Of a DNA stretch of 11,993 nucleotides, positions 7,827 through 11,993 are shown in pieces (position 1 is the stretch's first letter; every line of letters begins with the position of its first letter). Under the pieces are notes generated by a model. That model did not search any database. It was not told the origin of the DNA and worked only from the letters and a program-made list of their open reading frames with translations. Where the stretch lies: assembly GCA_964452145.1 (NCBI GenBank), contig CAYVLA010000101.1, positions 1 through 11,993 on the forward strand, written 5' to 3'. The stretch is from Candidatus Hadarchaeota archaeon. GTDB taxonomy: Archaea; CAYQAE01; CAYVLA01. The translations under genes were made by a program, and so were the position numbers.

Positions 7827-9488
7827 ATGCACTTGGCTGGCTTTTCGACCCGCCAGCTTCTCAAGTCTAGGAAGAAGGAGTGCCTAGTCCGGCTTTCGGG
7901 AGTCTCCAAAACCTATGGAGGCACTCTGTTCGAAAACACCGATCTGAGCATCGAGACCGGTGACCGCATCGGGCTGATAGGTCCGAACGGATCCGGCAAG
8001 ACAACCCTGCTCAAAATCATCGCAGGCCATGTTGAGCCGGACTCGGGAACCGTTACGGCCAAACAGGATCTGGTCTGCTCGGAGGTAGTCCAGAACCCAA
8101 GACTGGAGGATCCCCCTTGCGTCTTGGAGACCGTCATCCAGGGCATGCCCAAGTTGCGCATGCTCAGATCCGATATGCACGCCTTGCTGGAGAGGATGTC
8201 GGACCCGGAGCTTGACCCGGATCGGGTCGAGGACTTGGTTTTGGCCTACTCGAATCTGGATGCGGAGTATCGCCTGATCGGTGGATACGAGGTGGAGAAC
8301 CGTGCCAGAATGATACTGGGCGGCCTAGGCCTGAAAGAGGATATGCTTGAACGTGAGGTTGGGACCCTCAGCGGAGGCGAGAAGACGAGGGCGATGATGG
8401 CTAGGGCGCTGTTGTCCGAACCCGAGCTCCTGCTTCTGGACGAGCCGACAAACCATCTCGACATCCAGTGCATGGAGTGGCTCGAGGGATTCCTTCGATC
8501 TATCAGCTGTGCCTACATAGTCGTGTCCCATGATCGATCGTTCTTGGACGCAACCGTCAACAAGGTCATCGAACTGGAGAACGGAAGAGCGTCCCTCTAC
8601 CCAGGCAACTACTCCAAGTACAGGGAACTCAAGGCACAGGAGGCGGTCAAGCATGCCAGGGACTACCAGCTTCAGCAGGCAAAGATAAGGCGGGAGGAGG
8701 AAGTCATCCGTTTCCTCAAGACCCTGGGCGTTAAGAAAAGAAGACAGGCCAGGAGCCGGGAAAGGCTTCTGGCCAAGATGGTGCGAGTCGAGAAGCCCTT
8801 CAAGAGGAGGGAGGTGCGCATCCTGTTCAAACCGCAGTTCCCGGGCGCCCAAGAGGCTGTCCGAGTCCGGGACATATCCAAGTCCTTCAAAGGCCGCACG
8901 CTGTTCGCCGATCTGACCTTCACGCTGAAGAGGGGAGACAGGCTGGGATTAATCGGTCCCAACGGGTCGGGGAAAACCACGCTGCTCGGTATCCTTGCAG
9001 GTACGCTCGAGCCGGATGCCGGCGACGTGGAGGTGGGTCCCTACGTCTCCCGGGCTCTCTACGACCAAGAGCTCGCCGGCCTGGATCCCCGAAACACGGT
9101 CCTGGAGGAAGCATGTCAAGCCGACCACCGGGAGAGAAAGGACTCTGTGAGAGCCCTTCTGGCCGCCTTCCTCTTTCCCGGCAACGATGTTGGGAAGAGG
9201 GTCTCAATGCTCAGCGGCGGTGAGAAGGGACGGCTTGCGCTGGCCAAACTCGTCATCTCGGGAGCCAACCTTCTGCTGTTGGACGAACCGACCAACCATC
9301 TGGACATTCGTTCGAGGGAGACGCTGGAGGAAGCCCTTGGAACGTATCGAGGAACGCTCGTCATGGCCTCACACGACAGAAGACTGATAGCCAACGTGTG
9401 CAACAGACTTGTTGTTTTCGAGCAGGGGAAGGCAAGGATATACGACTACGACTACCAAACCTACGAGCAGCGCCAGAACCGGTTATGA
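7827..9488 (+). CDS. ABC-F family ribosome-associated ATPase (YdiF/Uup/YheS-like)
   Basis: Two ABC domains (GPNGSGKTT x2, LSGGEK x2, LLLLDEPTNHLD x2, VSHDR/ASHDR), an arm insertion, and a YPGNYSKY...linker, with no transmembrane domain. ATG 7827 is preferred over 7656 because the extension has no family similarity. Confidence 0.95.
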   Translation: MHLAGFSTRQLLKSRKKECLVRLSGVSKTYGGTLFENTDLSIETGDRIGLIGPNGSGKTTLLKIIAGHVEPDSGTVTAKQDLVCSEVVQNPRLEDPPCVLETVIQGMPKLRMLRSDMHALLERMSDPELDPDRVEDLVLAYSNLDAEYRLIGGYEVENRARMILGGLGLKEDMLEREVGTLSGGEKTRAMMARALLSEPELLLLDEPTNHLDIQCMEWLEGFLRSISCAYIVVSHDRSFLDATVNKVIELENGRASLYPGNYSKYRELKAQEAVKHARDYQLQQAKIRREEEVIRFLKTLGVKKRRQARSRERLLAKMVRVEKPFKRREVRILFKPQFPGAQEAVRVRDISKSFKGRTLFADLTFTLKRGDRLGLIGPNGSGKTTLLGILAGTLEPDAGDVEVGPYVSRALYDQELAGLDPRNTVLEEACQADHRERKDSVRALLAAFLFPGNDVGKRVSMLSGGEKGRLALAKLVISGANLLLLDEPTNHLDIRSRETLEEALGTYRGTLVMASHDRRLIANVCNRLVVFEQGKARIYDYDYQTYEQRQNRL

Positions 9489-9561
9489 AATCCTTGCCCC
9501 TGTGCAGATGTTGTCCCGGCCATGAGCATATCGTGGACATGCTGGGTACGGGAAAGGTGCT

Positions 9562-10365
9562 TCAGGGAGCCAGGCGGAGGACTCTGTGTCTTGTTTCGTG
9601 GACGAGCTTCCCGCCCCCTCTCAGTATTGCCGCTTCGTCTTGGTCGTATGGGTCATCCAAGCAGAATAGGATCAAATCCGCGCCTCGCCTCTTGGCATGC
9701 TCCACCAGGCTCGCCACGAGCTTGTTCGCAACGACGGGATCGCCGAAGCTGGCCATGTTGTCAACGATGATCCTTTGCAGTCCCACTTCCTGTATCCCTT
9801 CCTCCCGTCCACTTATGTTCCCGACGCAGCGGCCGTCCTCGACAGCCAGCAGATTCACAACGGACGAGAATCTTGCCCCGTGGATGCCCTGGGCCTCCAT
9901 CCTGAGCCACCCATCCCGATTCTGCTCCAGTTCCCTTCTGACCCTCTCCTCAGACAGGGGTCCCTTGCTGGACACGCTTCCAGCCTTCAGTACGTATCGA
10001 AGGAGATCTCCTTTCTCAACAGGTCTAACCAGTATCTGTCTGGCATTCTTGTTCAACTCTCCACCACCCCGGCCCTCGCCCACGGCGTGCTTCCGGTAGG
10101 AGTCCTCGATGTCTGAGGATACCTCGCGGGCTATCCTGCCCCTCGGAGTCAGGACATATCCTGAGCTCTGTCTGGCGATCAGCCCGTGATCGATCAGCGT
10201 CTGGAGGTGATGGTTCAGACTCCCGGTCGAGGGGAGGTCGAAGCACCCCCAGATCTTTGTGTAGGCCAGGGGCCTGCCGGAACCGGAAAGCAGCTCCAGA
10301 ATCGTTCTCCTCATGGGGCTTCGCAGGACGGTGAGGATGTCATCCAGGGAGAACAACCCAACCAC
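9562..10365 (-). CDS. ArsR-like wHTH fused to a GNAT-fold domain
   Basis: LRSPMRRTILELL...LAYTKIW...STGSLNHHLQTLIDHGLI...YVLTPRG, then LVRPVEKGDL...LLAVEDGRCVGNI...VANKLVASLVEHAKRRGADLI. Confidence 0.85.
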   Translation of the reverse strand: MVGLFSLDDILTVLRSPMRRTILELLSGSGRPLAYTKIWGCFDLPSTGSLNHHLQTLIDHGLIARQSSGYVLTPRGRIAREVSSDIEDSYRKHAVGEGRGGGELNKNARQILVRPVEKGDLLRYVLKAGSVSSKGPLSEERVRRELEQNRDGWLRMEAQGIHGARFSSVVNLLAVEDGRCVGNISGREEGIQEVGLQRIIVDNMASFGDPVVANKLVASLVEHAKRRGADLILFCLDDPYDQDEAAILRGGGKLVHETRHRVLRLAP

Positions 10366-10386
10366 ACACGAACATCGCCTGCCCGG

Positions 10387-10393
10387 TTATAAG
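10387..10393 (-). promoter_or_regulatory. TATA box for the leaderless wHTH-GNAT gene 9562-10365
   Basis: GGAATG-CTTATAA on the minus strand, ~22 nt before GTG 10365. Confidence 0.65.
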
Positions 10394-10595
10394 CATTCCT
10401 GCCCGTGACTAGGTCAAACAAGACGGGAAACGCGTCACCCCCGATCTCTGCACATTTGAGTGGGTGACATTGTGAAGATGACTTCCCAGCTCCTTCTGAC
10501 CCCCTCTTCCTTGCCTCGTCCGTTTCTCCCTTGGGGGTGAAACGGGGCAGAATCAAGCCGTGCACGAATAGCCTGGCCCAAACAGCTCAATCATC

Positions 10596-10728
10596 GCGCG
10601 GCAGATGCCGGACGATGTCGTGCCATACACCGTTCCCCCGCCGATCATTCATATGTGCAACCGACCTGCCCTTAAATGAATCATAGGGTGTGGGGTATCA
10701 CCCGAGGAGATCGGTAACGTAGGCATCG
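10596..10728. repeat. 133-bp direct repeat, copy 2 (orphan promoter plus truncated gene start MARHRPASAAR*)
   Basis: 126/133 identical to 3212-3344. The reading frame stops right at the repeat boundary. Confidence 0.95.
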
Positions 10729-10786
10729 AGTATCCTCAAAGCCGTGACATTGAACGGGTGAGTTGCCGAGGATGGGCAGAATTCTA

Positions 10787-10811
10787 CGACGCTCGGAGTA
10801 ACCGAGCGTCG
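10787..10811. other. Perfect 10-bp inverted repeat (hairpin or protein-binding site)
   Basis: CGACGCTCGG-AGTAA-CCGAGCGTCG, ~110 nt downstream of the 10919-11776 gene. Confidence 0.55.
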
Positions 10812-10918
10812 CATCGGATGGAGACTGCGTTGTTCACACGGAAGAACGGTCGATGGGAACATCGTTGGCCTTCAAAGACTAGCTCCCGGGGCCAGAGGGC
10901 ATCGAATACTCTGAGCAT

Positions 10919-11776
10919 TCAGGTGGAGCGAGCCTTCTTGGGGAAGTCTTTCCTCATATGGTAGCTTATGTTCTGAACCCAGAATCCCTTTTCTTGCAGC
11001 ATCCTGGAAATCAGTCTTCCCCATTCATGAATCTCGGGTGAGAAGTTGCTGACCCACAGTCCGTTGCAGTTGGGTCTGGATCTGAAGTACTCCTCGTGAG
11101 CATCGATGAGGGCACCCACGATCTCCCTTGGATCGTGTTTTTCCTTCTTCGGCGCGATCTCGATGCTGTTGATGTATCCGAGGATCCCAGTCTTCTGGCC
11201 CCGAGCCCATCCCTCGTATCCTCGGGATTGGTTCACGGCTTCGCCATCTATATAGCCCACAACCTGCGTTGAGTCCTGTGCGAGGAAGGCAATCGTGGAA
11301 CGTCTGCCGATGTGTTTCCGAAAGATCTCTGACACCCGATCTCTGTTCTTGGCGTTGATGCTATACTTGCCGATGTAAAAATCCACAAAGCTCTCAAGAT
11401 TGTCCTTGGTCAGCTTGGCCACCTTGATGTTCTTGCCTACTACCGAAGCCACATCCACATCCACCACATCCGTCTTCGGGAGATCGTCACAGATCTCCAC
11501 TATCCTCTCAATGAGCCTCCCTGCCCTGATTCCCGTCTGAGTGATTTGCCACTCCTGACTGGTTCGTGTGACCATACCGTTCTCCACCAGTTGTCTGAGG
11601 TGATAGTCAAGCAGTCCGCACTGTTGTTGTATGTCGAGATCACAGTAGTCCAGGATCTCGGTGAACTGGGCCGGGCCGCGCAGCAGACAGGTCAGGATCT
11701 TGGCGCGAGTTGGGTTACCTATCACTCCAAGAAGGGAGGCGATGTCGCCGGGGGTGTTCCGGCGTCCGGGGAGCAT
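10919..11776 (-). CDS. ArsR-like wHTH fused to a GNAT-fold domain
   Basis: IGNPTRAKILTCLLRGPAQFTEIL...LLDYHLRQLVENGMV...WQITQTG, then IKVAKLTKDNLESF...AFLAQDSTQVVGYI...GYINSIEI...MLQEKGF. Confidence 0.85.
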   Translation of the reverse strand: MLPGRRNTPGDIASLLGVIGNPTRAKILTCLLRGPAQFTEILDYCDLDIQQQCGLLDYHLRQLVENGMVTRTSQEWQITQTGIRAGRLIERIVEICDDLPKTDVVDVDVASVVGKNIKVAKLTKDNLESFVDFYIGKYSINAKNRDRVSEIFRKHIGRRSTIAFLAQDSTQVVGYIDGEAVNQSRGYEGWARGQKTGILGYINSIEIAPKKEKHDPREIVGALIDAHEEYFRSRPNCNGLWVSNFSPEIHEWGRLISRMLQEKGFWVQNISYHMRKDFPKKARST

Positions 11777-11800
11777 CGACCACTTCTGGGTTACCTCTTG

Positions 11801-11814
11801 ATTTAAGGCTTCTT
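11801..11814 (-). promoter_or_regulatory. BRE/TATA for the leaderless gene 10919-11776
   Basis: AGAAGC-CTTAAAT on the minus strand, with 24 nt between the box and ATG 11776. Confidence 0.65.
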
Positions 11815-11993
11815 AACAAGAATGCTGACAAGACGGCGAGCTATCCTCCCGAGGTCCGGGCACCGCGAAGTCGTAGGTTTTCGGGGTAAGCTGGTTGGGT
11901 TTGGGTGGTTGTGGGCTGATAAGGCTTGTTCAGCCGCCTCGATACGTATCGACGGTACGTACAGCCGGTAGGTAGGTTAAATAGTGAGTTGAC

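Noticed and set aside
3212..10728. Direct repeat pair as a DGR template/variable repeat (5 of 7 differences are A/G)
   Set aside because: The changes are ordinary transitions in both directions plus CC/GG, the repeat covers a promoter instead of a gene 3' end, and there is no reverse transcriptase in the window.

Overview
Probably archaeal DNA, from TATA-box promoters about 22-25 nt ahead of leaderless starts and a 'GVxxGDW...WDxxTG' surface protein of a kind common in Bathyarchaeia/Asgard-type genomes (taxonomy is inference). It is an accessory region. A 133-bp direct repeat (3212-3344 and 10596-10728, 7 mismatches) duplicates the promoter and first codons of a membrane-anchored protein gene. 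The two copies bracket a ~7.25-kb segment carrying a wHTH-MNT/HEPN toxin-antitoxin pair with a palindromic operator, an ArsR-like regulator, an HMA-like CxxC protein, a surface protein, a hypothetical gene, a 13-bp tandem repeat, a promoter-driven structured RNA with switch-like alternative helices, a bacterial-type ABC-F ATPase and a wHTH-GNAT fusion. Three divergent wHTH + degenerate-GNAT fusion genes occur in the window. DUF3368 (PIN-associated) and Trm112-like fragments lie at 1549-2091. No integrase, tRNA, rRNA or CRISPR array is recognisable.
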